Assembly (NCBI GenBank): GCA_044376115.1 | Contig: JBILLK010000002.1 | Coordinates: forward strand, 224,001-288,000 | Direction of reading: 5' to 3' | DNA from: Polyangiaceae bacterium | Lineage (GTDB): Bacteria > Myxococcota_A > Polyangia > Polyangiales > Polyangiaceae | DNA: 64,000 nucleotides | In this document: positions 1 to 9,202 of the stretch, piece after piece | How the letters are laid out: every line of letters starts with the position of its first letter | Numbering within the stretch: position 1 is the first letter of the stretch | Position numbers and translations under genes: made by a program | Notes under the pieces: model-generated | The model's input: only the letters and a program-made list of their open reading frames with translations | Database searches by the model: none | Told to the model about the DNA's origin: nothing

Positions 1-2220
1 GAGCGGCTTGAAGTCCTCGGTGAGCAGTTGCCATTCTTCTGCCACCCCGCGTCGCAACTCCTGGGCGAGGGTCTGACGATGGAGCTCACATTCGGAAGAG
101 ATGCTGCGCAAACGACGTGCGCGCTCAATGGTGCTAGTGCGCTCGGCGAGCAGCTTGCTTTCCTCGGTCTCAGCTCGTGCCGCCATCGCCTCGATCAGCC
201 GCGACAAGCGCCTGCGATGAGCGGCTTCGCGCAGGTCGTCTCCTGAGTCGATCAAATGTTGCGTGATCGCTTCTTCCACCTCACTCCAGCGAGAAGCGGC
301 TAGCTCCTCGGCGTTACCGAGGCGTCCTCGTAGCGCCTGCTTCGCCGAGAAAGGGTGGGGGCCTGACAATAGTTGCAACCGCGCGCCCTCGGCTCCGCCG
401 ACGCGGCTAGCCTCCTTTAGGTGCGTCAGCACCGCCTCCAGGCTCCCTGCCGGGAGACGATCAATCTTGTTCACCAACAGGAGCACCGGCAACCCTGCCT
501 GGCGCACCTCATCGAGCACGGCGGCCTCAGTGGCCTTCAACGGGCTCGTTGCATCCGCAAGCCAGATCACCGCGTGCGCCTCACGCAGCGCTCGTCGAGC
601 GCTCGCGTCGTGTTCCTCGTTCGAGCTGTTGAAGCCGGGCGTGTCGAGGATCTCGGTCCACTTGAGGCGCTCGATCGGGGCGTAGATGTGCACGCCGTCC
701 ACCAGTGCGTGCTCTTGTTCGAGCGCGCGCAAGGTTTCACGTAGGCGCTCATGAGGGATCGTTCGGTCGGGCGCTTTGCGGATCAGAATGCGCGCAAACG
801 GATCGGGAGCAAAGGCCAGCCGGTGAATCGTCGCTGTGGTCGGTAGAATCCCGGTGGGCGCTACGTCGGCTCCAACGAAGGCATTGATGAAGGTGCTCTT
901 GCCGGCGTTGAATTCGCCCAAAACCGCTACCAAGAGAGGTTTGCCGTTATCGAGCTGCATCGCGTCGAGAGCGCGTTGCGCCTCGAGATCGCCCGTTTGG
1001 CGAGCTTCCTCGAGCAGCCACGTGGCCATGCTCGACCAGGCCGGCTCGTCAGCGTGGGTCCAAATCGAGAACGCCTGCGTGAACAGCTCCTCGGCCCAGC
1101 CGCCGAGGTCGCTATCCGCGCTGACTTCCGCAAGCACGCGCACGGCCTGCTCGACCTCCTGTTTGGCGATCGCATCGAGCGCAGCGAAGAGCGATGCAGC
1201 TGGAAGACGCGCCGCCGCTCCTCCCGCAGCCACGCACACCGAAAGTGCCTCGCGGTCGCGCAGCTGGATCGCCAGCCCGAGCAACGCCGTGAGCGCGTCC
1301 GCGTCGCCGGCGCGTGTACGGGTCACCAGCGCATCACGCACATCCCCCGCGCGCCCTTCCGCGAGCGCGATCGACACCTCAAAACGCGCGCGATCGCCGC
1401 TGGCCGTCACCAACTCGGAGAAGGCACGCAGCTCGCTCGCGTCCTTGCACGACGCGATGATGGTCGCGAGCAAGTCGCTCGCTCCCGGGACCTCGAGAAT
1501 GTAGGCGCGCTTCGCTTGCATCACCGCTTGTGCGCGTTTGAGCGGATCGCTCATGTCGGAGAGCGCCCAAAGCAGCCTGGCAAAGAGGTAGACCCGTCGA
1601 CCACAAAGACGTTCCCACTCTTGCTCGGCCGTCCGGCTATCGACGCCCAGCTCGGTACCGAGGTTCTCCACCAATTGGGCCGCGGTCTCGGCTTGCCCCA
1701 AGGCAAACAAGCATTCAGCTCTGCGGATCAGCAGCGCCTCATCTTTGGTCTCGAGGCGCACGGCCACGCGCTCCAGCCACGCGAGCGCACGTGCCGGTTC
1801 GGCCTCGGCCAACGCTCGATCGCAAAGCTCGAAGGCGGCCGCTCGCCGCGAGTCCGGATCCTCCACCGAGCTGGCTGCGCGTTCGAGCGCTACGGCTGCT
1901 TCGGATGGCTTTGTCACCGCCAGTACCCGACCGAGCCGCAGCCAAATATCGGCTCGCCAAGGCAGCAACAGGGTTAGCTCACGCAGCGCGTTCTCGGCTT
2001 CGTCATCGAGCCACATCGCCTCGGCAGCATCCGCGAGCAGCGCCAGCCCCAGCGGGGACTTGGGCGCCCGCGCAAGGAGCTTGTGGGCGTGCTCGCGGGC
2101 GTCGAGCGGTTTGCCTTCACGCAGGCTCGTTTCGGCGTTGCGACGGTCGCTCTCTGCACCAACGGCGAAGAGCTCCATGCGCGAGGCGATACGCGACAAA
2201 CTCTCGAATAAGGGAGGCAC
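1..2220 (-). CDS. TPR-like N-terminus fused to a bacterial dynamin-like GTPase (3' end beyond window start)
   Basis: Not in the ORF track (no stop inside the window). Hand translation of several segments from GTG 2220 gives MPPLFESLSRIASRMELF... with helical TPR-like segments, then G1 VAVLGEFNAGKSTFINA (~880-935), G2 ILPTTA, G3 ILDTPGFN (~625-655) and G4 LVNKID (~460-480). Confidence 0.85.
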   Translation of the reverse strand, partial: MPPLFESLSRIASRMELFAVGAESDRRNAETSLREGKPLDAREHAHKLLARAPKSPLGLALLADAAEAMWLDDEAENALRELTLLLPWRADIWLRLGRVLAVTKPSEAAVALERAASSVEDPDSRRAAAFELCDRALAEAEPARALAWLERVAVRLETKDEALLIRRAECLFALGQAETAAQLVENLGTELGVDSRTAEQEWERLCGRRVYLFARLLWALSDMSDPLKRAQAVMQAKRAYILEVPGASDLLATIIASCKDASELRAFSELVTASGDRARFEVSIALAEGRAGDVRDALVTRTRAGDADALTALLGLAIQLRDREALSVCVAAGGAAARLPAASLFAALDAIAKQEVEQAVRVLAEVSADSDLGGWAEELFTQAFSIWTHADEPAWSSMATWLLEEARQTGDLEAQRALDAMQLDNGKPLLVAVLGEFNAGKSTFINAFVGADVAPTGILPTTATIHRLAFAPDPFARILIRKAPDRTIPHERLRETLRALEQEHALVDGVHIYAPIERLKWTEILDTPGFNSSNEEHDASARRALREAHAVIWLADATSPLKATEAAVLDEVRQAGLPVLLLVNKIDRLPAGSLEAVLTHLKEASRVGGAEGARLQLLSGPHPFSAKQALRGRLGNAEELAASRWSEVEEAITQHLIDSGDDLREAAHRRRLSRLIEAMAARAETEESKLLAERTSTIERARRLRSISSECELHRQTLAQELRRGVAEEWQLLTEDFKPL

Positions 2221-2262
2221 CAGGCGATGAGAGCCGAGGAACCCTCGTGGTTCAAGCTCGCA

Positions 2263-3810
2263 CTACTCCAGCCGCTTGCGTCGCAGCACGACGTACGCCG
2301 GCCGAGCCCGATGGTGAAAGACGGGCTCAAACGCTTGCGCAACGCCGGGCTCGAGCGCCACGTATCGCTCGACGCCATGCAGGAATGGGCTGGTCTCCCA
2401 CGCCGCGCTCACGCTGGTCCCCGGCTCGAGGTTGAACACCACCGTGTCCACTCCGCGCGCACTCAGGAAACCGTCGGGAATCTTCTTGGTGGTGTGCGCT
2501 CCCGGAAGGCGCGCGACCTCCGGATCGGTGACCCCGGCCAGGTCGACGATCGTCGCATGAGGCGCGGCTGCGCCCAGCCAGCCGACGTCCACGGCTGCGA
2601 TGGTTTGGCTCGTTGAAAGCACGGGTGCCGCGGCCTCGATCAGCGCCATTCGGTCGGCGCCAACGCGACCCACGTTCCAGCCCACCGCGTTCCACGCAAA
2701 GAGAGCGCCCGCGAGCGCGAGCGCGCTGCGAACCGCTACTCCCGGACGCGGGGCTTCGGCTGCAATCAGCGCGGAGGCCACCGCGAGTGCTGGAAGAATT
2801 GGGACAAACAGGCGCGACAGCGCCATCCAATCACCACCCGCCAGCGTGATTGCCGCGGCGTGCGCTAACACCGCCATCGTCAGCCAACGAGCCAGGCGTG
2901 AACCGCGTCGCAGCGTCCACCACGACAGCAGCTGGACCGCACCGATCAGCAGCAGACTTGCTCCGGTGTACGCAAGGCCACGGCTCAGATCAGGGCGTTT
3001 TGCGATGATCGATAGCGGGGTGACCGTCGCAAAGAAGGAGGCGCGAGCGAGCGAGACCGATGCAAACGGCAATAGCACCATCGCCGCTCTGCCAAACGCG
3101 TGCAAAAGTCGCCGTGCGGCGACGTCATCGCGCGGCCCCACGGCCCGCTCTTCATTCCCGTCGTCGAGCGCGCGCGGCATTCCCAGCAGCAACGCGAACG
3201 GAACCAACTCGGGCCGCCACGCTGCAGCCATCCCAAACAATAGGGCAGGGGAGCGAGGCTCCCGTTGCGTGTCGACCGTTCGAGCGCGGAACTTCAGCCA
3301 GAGCCCCGTTGCTACGAAGAGTGTCACGATCCCCGTCTCCATGCCCGAGCTCGCCCATGCGGCAGGCTGCGGAGATACGAGCCACACCAAGATCGGAGCA
3401 AAACGCATGCTGCTCCCCGGTAGTCGCCAGACCAGCGCCACGATCAAGCCAAACGCAGTCGCCATAGCAACCAAGCCAAGCAGTTTCGCCGCAGCGAAAG
3501 CGGCTAGCGTGCTCTCACCCGCGAACAGCGAAAGTAGGTGTGCGTAGCCAAGCGGCGTCACCCCGTCGCTGCTCGCACCACCGCGATTGAAAACGTAGCC
3601 AGCTCCCGTAGCCAGATGATGCGCGTAGCGCGCGGAGATGAGCGCATCGTCGACCGTGAAGCCATACACACAGGCCCACAAACCCAGCGCAAGCAGGCTT
3701 GCAAGGAGCGGCCCCAAGTGTCGCCAGCGGCTAGCGGGGTTGGCTTCGCTTGTCCACTCCACGGCGAATCGATCCGAAAACTTAGTGCCCAGAGCAAGCC
3801 TCTCTAACAT
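2263..3810 (-). CDS. Polytopic membrane glycosyltransferase (GT-C, AftB/ArnT-like)
   Basis: DDALISARYAHHLATGAGYVFN...DGVTP motif after the first TM helix; SGMET, RPE and GGDWM...RLFVP motifs; many TM segments. Start uncertain (ATG 3810 or GTG 3762). Confidence 0.7.
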   Translation of the reverse strand: MLERLALGTKFSDRFAVEWTSEANPASRWRHLGPLLASLLALGLWACVYGFTVDDALISARYAHHLATGAGYVFNRGGASSDGVTPLGYAHLLSLFAGESTLAAFAAAKLLGLVAMATAFGLIVALVWRLPGSSMRFAPILVWLVSPQPAAWASSGMETGIVTLFVATGLWLKFRARTVDTQREPRSPALLFGMAAAWRPELVPFALLLGMPRALDDGNEERAVGPRDDVAARRLLHAFGRAAMVLLPFASVSLARASFFATVTPLSIIAKRPDLSRGLAYTGASLLLIGAVQLLSWWTLRRGSRLARWLTMAVLAHAAAITLAGGDWMALSRLFVPILPALAVASALIAAEAPRPGVAVRSALALAGALFAWNAVGWNVGRVGADRMALIEAAAPVLSTSQTIAAVDVGWLGAAAPHATIVDLAGVTDPEVARLPGAHTTKKIPDGFLSARGVDTVVFNLEPGTSVSAAWETSPFLHGVERYVALEPGVAQAFEPVFHHRARPAYVVLRRKRLE

Positions 3811-3821
3811 CAGGACCGAAA

Positions 3822-6164
3822 ATGATTGGCGAGATTGGAGCACGGTCTCACTTCCCGCGGGTAACGGACGGAGCCTCGAGCCTCGAGGCGCTTTTCGCCC
3901 TGTTTCCCGAACACCACGCCAAAATCTTGCGTGGCCATGAAGGCCCACGAAGGAATTCTCGGTTTCCCAGTACCAACGTCCTATGTGATTTGGCGCAAGC
4001 GTTAGCATCGCTGGATACCTCGCCGCGCCGCAAAGTCACGGTGCGCGTCCGCATCGCAGACGAGGCTTGCGAAATTGGTCTCGAGCGCGCCGGCAGCTGC
4101 GTGCTGGTCAGCCTGTACTCAGGCGGCGCCGTCCCTTACGTGCATCTGTTCGAGCGCCGTTGTCAGAGCGCGTTGGTGGCCGAGTCGATGGCCAGCGCCC
4201 TGCGCGAACGTGCGGATAGCGCCCAACCTCGCGAGCTCGAGCGGATCGACGCGGCGCTAGCGCGTTTGCACGGGTCGGTCGCCGAGGTGCGTGAGGTCGA
4301 GCCGAGTGCGATCGAGGTCGCGTCTGCCGAGGATTTGCCGTTCGCTTTTTCGGCGGAGCTTTGGCTCAGGGCTCAAGCCGCCTCGCCCAACGATGCTCCG
4401 CCCTCGAGTCGTAGCTTGGGTTCGGAAGGTAAGGCACCAACCATCCTCCGCGCGGAGCTGCTCAGTCTGCTCGTCAAAGGTAAGTTGCGCGTCTGCGCGT
4501 TCGACCACACCAAGGAACTTGCGGATGTTCACGTGTTCCTGGTTGCTGAGCAGCTCGCACGGCTATCGCTCGATGCTGCGCGCGCGGTCGCACAGGCCCG
4601 CCCGCTCTACAAGAAGACGGTCGTTGGCGGCGCTGTCTTGGGCTTGCGCGTAGCAGCGAAAGGCAGTGAGACCAAGCTAGCCCTTACGCTAGGTTCTGCC
4701 AGCAATCTCCGCGGTGAGCATTGGACGTTCCCGTCGCTAGACGCCTTTGCATTCGGTCGCGCGGTGGTGGACTTCGGTCGCAACTTGGCTCGTGCACTCG
4801 TCCGCAGTGATCGCTCGCAAGCGCACAACCTACGGCTCGTCGAGTTTCGCTCCCTGCTGCGTGAACTCTCGGAGACCTCGCGGGAGGTGCGCGCGAGCGA
4901 CGGCGTGATCAACCAATCACCGGAAAGCTATCGCGCCTACGCTCGTGAGAGCGAGCCCAACAAGGGCATCGCGGCGCCGGTAGGGCGCATTCGCTTCGCC
5001 CCGAAGTGGACGGCGGCTGTCCCGTCGATCGACCTGCGTTCTACCTTCTTGTACGGAGAATCGCTGATCGTCGGCTCGCTCCGCGAGGTGTCGGCTATCG
5101 ATCGCAACTCTGGCGCAATTCTCTGGACCAAGCCGGTCACCAAGGGCGTGAGCGTACTCACCCCGGCTGGGCTCGCGCGCTTCGATGGGGAGGGAGAACT
5201 CACCCTGCTCGACCTCCACTCCGGCGAAACCAAACGCAGTTTGCGGCTTTCTCCTCGCGTTGGCGCGCCTGTCACTGGCGCCGTCGTGAGCGGGCCCGGG
5301 CTTCCTCGAATGCTCGTGATCAGCGAGGGTAAGCGGGATCTCTCGTGCGTCGACCTCGACGCGGGCGAGGTGTTGTGGCGCTATTCATCCCGACGCGCGG
5401 GCGCCTTCCGCTTGCGGCGCGCGGGACGCTTGGTGATCGTTTCAAGCGCCGAGCAAGCGCTCACGGCGATCGATGCTGTGAGCGGTGAAGTCGTGTGGCG
5501 CCACTGCGACAAACTGCGATTTGCGCATGCCGCCTCGGTCATCGACGATTCGCTCTTCGCGATCGCTGGGGACGGCGCTTTCGTTGGGCTCGGTGGTACT
5601 AGGTTGTGCCAGCTCAATCCATGGTCGGGCGCACACAAGTGGAGCGTGGAGTTCCGCGAGGGCGCTCGCCCGATCGGCCCGCCGCTCGTTGCGCGGAACT
5701 CGGTCGTCGTTGCGTTGCTCGGGCGCCATGGCACGCAGGTGGTGGCGTTTGATCGCAAAACGGGCGAAAAGCTATTTGAACGCGACGGTTGTGCCGGCAT
5801 GGCTGCTCCGCTCCTCTTGGATGACGCGATCACGCTCAACGGCGAGTCGGGTGAATTCGTGGCGATTGACGCGGAGACAGGCGAGCTGCGGTACCAGCAC
5901 GTGTTCGCCACCGGTGCTGAAGGGGACCGTCCACGGCGTCTTGAGCCTGTGCTCCGGAGCGGGGCGCTGTTCGTTCCGCAAGGTGCGGTTCATGTCGTAC
6001 GGCCACGGGATGGCGCTTTGCTTGGTACGGTGCCGGTGGACCTCGTGCCGGATCTGTTGCGAGTCGATGAACGTTGTGACGTTTACGTTGCGGAAGAAAG
6101 TGGGCACGTTGCCGCCTTCTCGGCGGGGGCGCGGCTCACCCTGGTACGAACCACCCCCGCTTGA
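3822..6164 (+). CDS. PQQ-like beta-propeller repeat protein with an uncharacterised N-terminal domain
   Basis: Repeated A(I/L)DxxTGxxxW blades (AIDRNSGAILW, VDLDAGEVLW, AIDAVSGEVVW, AIDAETGELRY). Start uncertain. Confidence 0.8.
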   Translation: MIGEIGARSHFPRVTDGASSLEALFALFPEHHAKILRGHEGPRRNSRFPSTNVLCDLAQALASLDTSPRRKVTVRVRIADEACEIGLERAGSCVLVSLYSGGAVPYVHLFERRCQSALVAESMASALRERADSAQPRELERIDAALARLHGSVAEVREVEPSAIEVASAEDLPFAFSAELWLRAQAASPNDAPPSSRSLGSEGKAPTILRAELLSLLVKGKLRVCAFDHTKELADVHVFLVAEQLARLSLDAARAVAQARPLYKKTVVGGAVLGLRVAAKGSETKLALTLGSASNLRGEHWTFPSLDAFAFGRAVVDFGRNLARALVRSDRSQAHNLRLVEFRSLLRELSETSREVRASDGVINQSPESYRAYARESEPNKGIAAPVGRIRFAPKWTAAVPSIDLRSTFLYGESLIVGSLREVSAIDRNSGAILWTKPVTKGVSVLTPAGLARFDGEGELTLLDLHSGETKRSLRLSPRVGAPVTGAVVSGPGLPRMLVISEGKRDLSCVDLDAGEVLWRYSSRRAGAFRLRRAGRLVIVSSAEQALTAIDAVSGEVVWRHCDKLRFAHAASVIDDSLFAIAGDGAFVGLGGTRLCQLNPWSGAHKWSVEFREGARPIGPPLVARNSVVVALLGRHGTQVVAFDRKTGEKLFERDGCAGMAAPLLLDDAITLNGESGEFVAIDAETGELRYQHVFATGAEGDRPRRLEPVLRSGALFVPQGAVHVVRPRDGALLGTVPVDLVPDLLRVDERCDVYVAEESGHVAAFSAGARLTLVRTTPA

Positions 6165-6222
6165 GCACAAGAGCGGCGCGACGCTTGATGTAGGCGCCCG
6201 GGCCGACTAGCGTCAAAACAGC

Positions 6223-7929
6223 ATGCGGCGTGCGACCCAAGAGTTCCGAAGTGTTGGGCGTGACAATTCTGTCCCGCGCGCCTTTGTGGACGTTTCGTTC
6301 GAGAACGAGGGCGGGGTGCTCATCCCCCATCCTCGGCGGGTGCTGAACCAGCACAACGTGATCGGGCGAGCGCCTGGGGTCGCGGTTCAGCTCGATCACG
6401 ACACCGTCAGTCGCAAGCACGCTGAGATCTTTTTAGACCCGTTTGGTCGCTGGTGGGTCCGCGATCTGGCCAGCACCAACGGTACGTCGGTCAACGGCGA
6501 GCGCGTCTCCGAGCATTTGTTGCGGCCGATGGACCGCATCGATTGCGGTGACTTCCGGCTCATCTTTTTGACCGGGGGCCCTACGGACACCAAGCGCGCC
6601 GGGCCCTCACTCGAGGAGACGCTCGACGGCACCGCGGCTCCCAGCTGGTTACGCACGCTCCGGGACATCGAGCCGCCGCAGGTTTCGGCAACGCAGCTTG
6701 GGACGCTGATGGGTTTCAGTCGTCGGCTACTGGGCATCGAGGACCCTACCGAGCGCCTCTTGTGCTTGTGTCAGTTGCTGGTCTCGGCGGACTTCCACGG
6801 GTCGCAGGCGCTCGTCGCTCGCGTCGTCGAGGGTGAGCCAACACGCGTGCTCGCGGGCCCTTGCCGTCCCGAGGGAACGACAGAGGAGGCGCCCTACGTC
6901 TCGCGCTCGGTTCTCAAGCGTGTGGTCGATACCAAACAAGCGGTGCTGGGCTCCAACCTGCCGCAGACCGGCACCGATCTTGAGCTCACGATGAGCGCTG
7001 AGATCGCACCCATCTCGACGATCGCCGTGCCCATCGCGATCTCCGAAGGCGTGACCGACGTGCTCTACGGCAATTTCCCTCCTCACGTCGCGCGCTCCGA
7101 TTGGCTCGCGCTCGTGTCGCTCGCAGGTGAGCTTTTTCAACAGTCGGAGAGCGCCTGGCTCGCACGCCGGCATGCACAGGAGCACGCAGCCATCGAGCGC
7201 GAGTTGGAGATGGCCCGAATCATTCAACTGGCACTCGTTCCGAAGTTCCCGTCTAGGCCGGGGCTCGAGATCGCGGTTGGCTTCGAGCCGTGTCGATGGG
7301 TCGGCGGGGACTACGCGGACATCGTCCAGCTGGCGGATGGTCGCATCTTGTGCACTGTGGCGGACGTTTGCGGGAAAGGCTTGCAGGCCGCGCTCGTGAC
7401 CTTCTCCATTCACACCATGATCCGCACAATGGTGGATTTCGTGCAGAGCCTCACGGAGATCGTTGAGCGGCTCAATCGGCACTTGTGCGGCTACCTTCCG
7501 GATGACTCGTTCGTGACGATGGTGGTGTGTGCCATCGATCCAGCCACAGGCACGATGGAGTACGTCAACGCGGGCCACCTGCCGATTTTCCTCTTCAATC
7601 GGCACGGCGCCACGCGGACTTTGGACGCCGCAGAGAACCCGCCGCTCGGGATTGGCCTCTGTAGCTTCCGAGCGAGTCGGAGCCAGGTCAACCTCGGTGA
7701 CGCGCTGCTGCTTTACACCGACGGCCTGACAGAGCTGCGCAATTCGAAGGACGAGATGCTCGGTGAAGACCTGCTTCGCTCGAGCTTCGGTGAGATCTAC
7801 GCTCGCGAGAACATCGCGCCTGTCACACGCTGCGTCGAGGCACTTTCTGAGATGCTGAACGAGTATCGCGGCAACGAGTTCTCCGAGGATGATCGGGCCT
7901 TTATCGTCGCCCGTCGCACACTCCCGTAA
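6223..7929 (+). CDS. FHA-GAF-PP2C (SpoIIE/RsbU-type) Ser/Thr phosphatase
   Basis: FHA motifs IGR, VSRKH and STNGT; PP2C motifs VGGDY, ADVCGKG, NAGH, LYTDG and EDD. Confidence 0.9.
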   Translation: MRRATQEFRSVGRDNSVPRAFVDVSFENEGGVLIPHPRRVLNQHNVIGRAPGVAVQLDHDTVSRKHAEIFLDPFGRWWVRDLASTNGTSVNGERVSEHLLRPMDRIDCGDFRLIFLTGGPTDTKRAGPSLEETLDGTAAPSWLRTLRDIEPPQVSATQLGTLMGFSRRLLGIEDPTERLLCLCQLLVSADFHGSQALVARVVEGEPTRVLAGPCRPEGTTEEAPYVSRSVLKRVVDTKQAVLGSNLPQTGTDLELTMSAEIAPISTIAVPIAISEGVTDVLYGNFPPHVARSDWLALVSLAGELFQQSESAWLARRHAQEHAAIERELEMARIIQLALVPKFPSRPGLEIAVGFEPCRWVGGDYADIVQLADGRILCTVADVCGKGLQAALVTFSIHTMIRTMVDFVQSLTEIVERLNRHLCGYLPDDSFVTMVVCAIDPATGTMEYVNAGHLPIFLFNRHGATRTLDAAENPPLGIGLCSFRASRSQVNLGDALLLYTDGLTELRNSKDEMLGEDLLRSSFGEIYARENIAPVTRCVEALSEMLNEYRGNEFSEDDRAFIVARRTLP

Positions 7930-7930
7930 C

Positions 7931-8377
7931 TCACTGCATGGCTGCGGCCTTCGCGCGGACAAAACGGGCGAGGCTCGCGATCGGGACGTGAGCGGGGCAA
8001 ATTGCCTCCTTCTCGAGCAACACTTCTTCCGATACGTACTCGAGCGCTCGCACCGCTGCGTCGTGATCCGGCATGTTGCGGGAGGACGCTAATACGAACT
8101 GCATCACCCCGCGGTACTCACCCTTCGAGCCTCGCTGTCGCTGCGACTCCCCGTCGTCACAACGTCCACACGCAAAGCAGCCTGAGAACGAATTCATCTC
8201 AAGGCGCTCGGCGGGCGACACGGCGGGAAGTCGGTCCTTGGCGTAATTCTCAAGGAACAGCGGCAACCCCGTGCGCGCCTTGAATGCCCGCAGCAGAAGA
8301 ATGCGCACCAACGCCGACGCCAACACCAAAGCGGCCAACGCACGGCCGCTTGCAACGATGCGGCGAAAGGGAGCCAT
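7931..8377 (-). CDS. Small membrane-anchored 4Fe-4S-type protein
   Basis: N-terminal hydrophobic helix; CFACGRC plus a distal CP motif (CPAHVP). Confidence 0.65.
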   Translation of the reverse strand: MAPFRRIVASGRALAALVLASALVRILLLRAFKARTGLPLFLENYAKDRLPAVSPAERLEMNSFSGCFACGRCDDGESQRQRGSKGEYRGVMQFVLASSRNMPDHDAAVRALEYVSEEVLLEKEAICPAHVPIASLARFVRAKAAAMQ

Positions 8378-8422
8378 GTCCAAGCGTAGCACTGCTGACG
8401 TGAGCTCGGCCGGGTGCGGTGA

Positions 8423-8464
8423 TGTTACGGTGTTACGCCTGTTGCGGTGTTACGGTGTTACGCC
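8423..8464. repeat. Five tandem 8-9 bp direct repeats TGTT(A/G)CG(G/CC); candidate enhancer
   Basis: tgttacgg-tgttacgcc-tgttgcgg-tgttacgg-tgttacgcc in the divergent intergenic region. Confidence 0.9.
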
Positions 8465-8504
8465 AAGGCCGTCGTAAGTCTTTGGAATCACAGGGTCAGC
8501 CAGG

Positions 8505-8520
8505 TGGCACGCTCAGTGCT
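8505..8520 (+). promoter_or_regulatory. Sigma54 -24/-12 promoter upstream of the ECF sigma gene
   Basis: TGGCACGCTCAGTGCT vs consensus TGGCACG-N4-TTGCW: one mismatch, exact GG-N10-GC spacing. Confidence 0.7.
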
Positions 8521-8532
8521 CTAGAGGGTCAC

Positions 8533-9147
8533 ATGACGAACGAGAGCGTAACGACCCTTCCTGCTGAAGCTCAAGACGACGCAGCCTTCATCGAAGGCTT
8601 GCTCACGGGAAGCGACGCTGGCTGGCGAGCTTTTCACGCTCGCTACGATCGTCTGATTTTTCGCTGCATCACAAAGGTTACCGGCCGCTTTGGCTCGGTC
8701 CTGAGCCACGACGATATCGGCGAAATCTACGCCACGCTCCTGCTTCAGCTGCTCTCCAACGATATGCACAAATTGCGGAGCTTCGATCCCACGCGCGGCA
8801 ATCGCTTCAGCTCCTGGTTGGGGCTGCTCGCCATCAACGCTTCGTATGACCATCTGCGAAGCCTGCGTCGTGAGCCTAACCGCGCACCGCTCGCGGAGGC
8901 AGACGACATCCGCTGCTCGCTCCCGACGCCGCACGACTTGGTCGAACGCCGCCAACGCGCCGAAATGGTGGCCGCGGCCCTACGAGAGTTCTCCGCCAAG
9001 GATCGCCAGTTCGTTGAACTCTACTTCGCTGAGGGGCTCGAGCCCGAGCAGATTGCCGAGCGAATGAATATCAGCGTCAAGACGGTGTACTCCAAGAAGC
9101 ACAAGATCCAATCGCGGCTGGAGTCGCTGCTGGCCTCGGCCGCCTGA
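8533..9147 (+). CDS. ECF-type sigma-70 factor
   Basis: Region 2 (FSSWLGLLAINASYDHLR) and region 4 HTH (EQIAERMNISVKTVYSKKHKI); about 204 aa from ATG 8533. Confidence 0.9.
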   Translation: MTNESVTTLPAEAQDDAAFIEGLLTGSDAGWRAFHARYDRLIFRCITKVTGRFGSVLSHDDIGEIYATLLLQLLSNDMHKLRSFDPTRGNRFSSWLGLLAINASYDHLRSLRREPNRAPLAEADDIRCSLPTPHDLVERRQRAEMVAAALREFSAKDRQFVELYFAEGLEPEQIAERMNISVKTVYSKKHKIQSRLESLLASAA

Positions 9148-9202
9148 CCAAGATGAACGTATGAAGCGGCACGCCGACGCTGGTCTGTGCTAGTGGTTTT
9201 GC

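Noticed and set aside
3811..4008. Overlap of divergent ORFs 2263..4008 and 3822..6164
   Set aside because: Most likely an over-extended start; the membrane-protein features begin at or after 3810.
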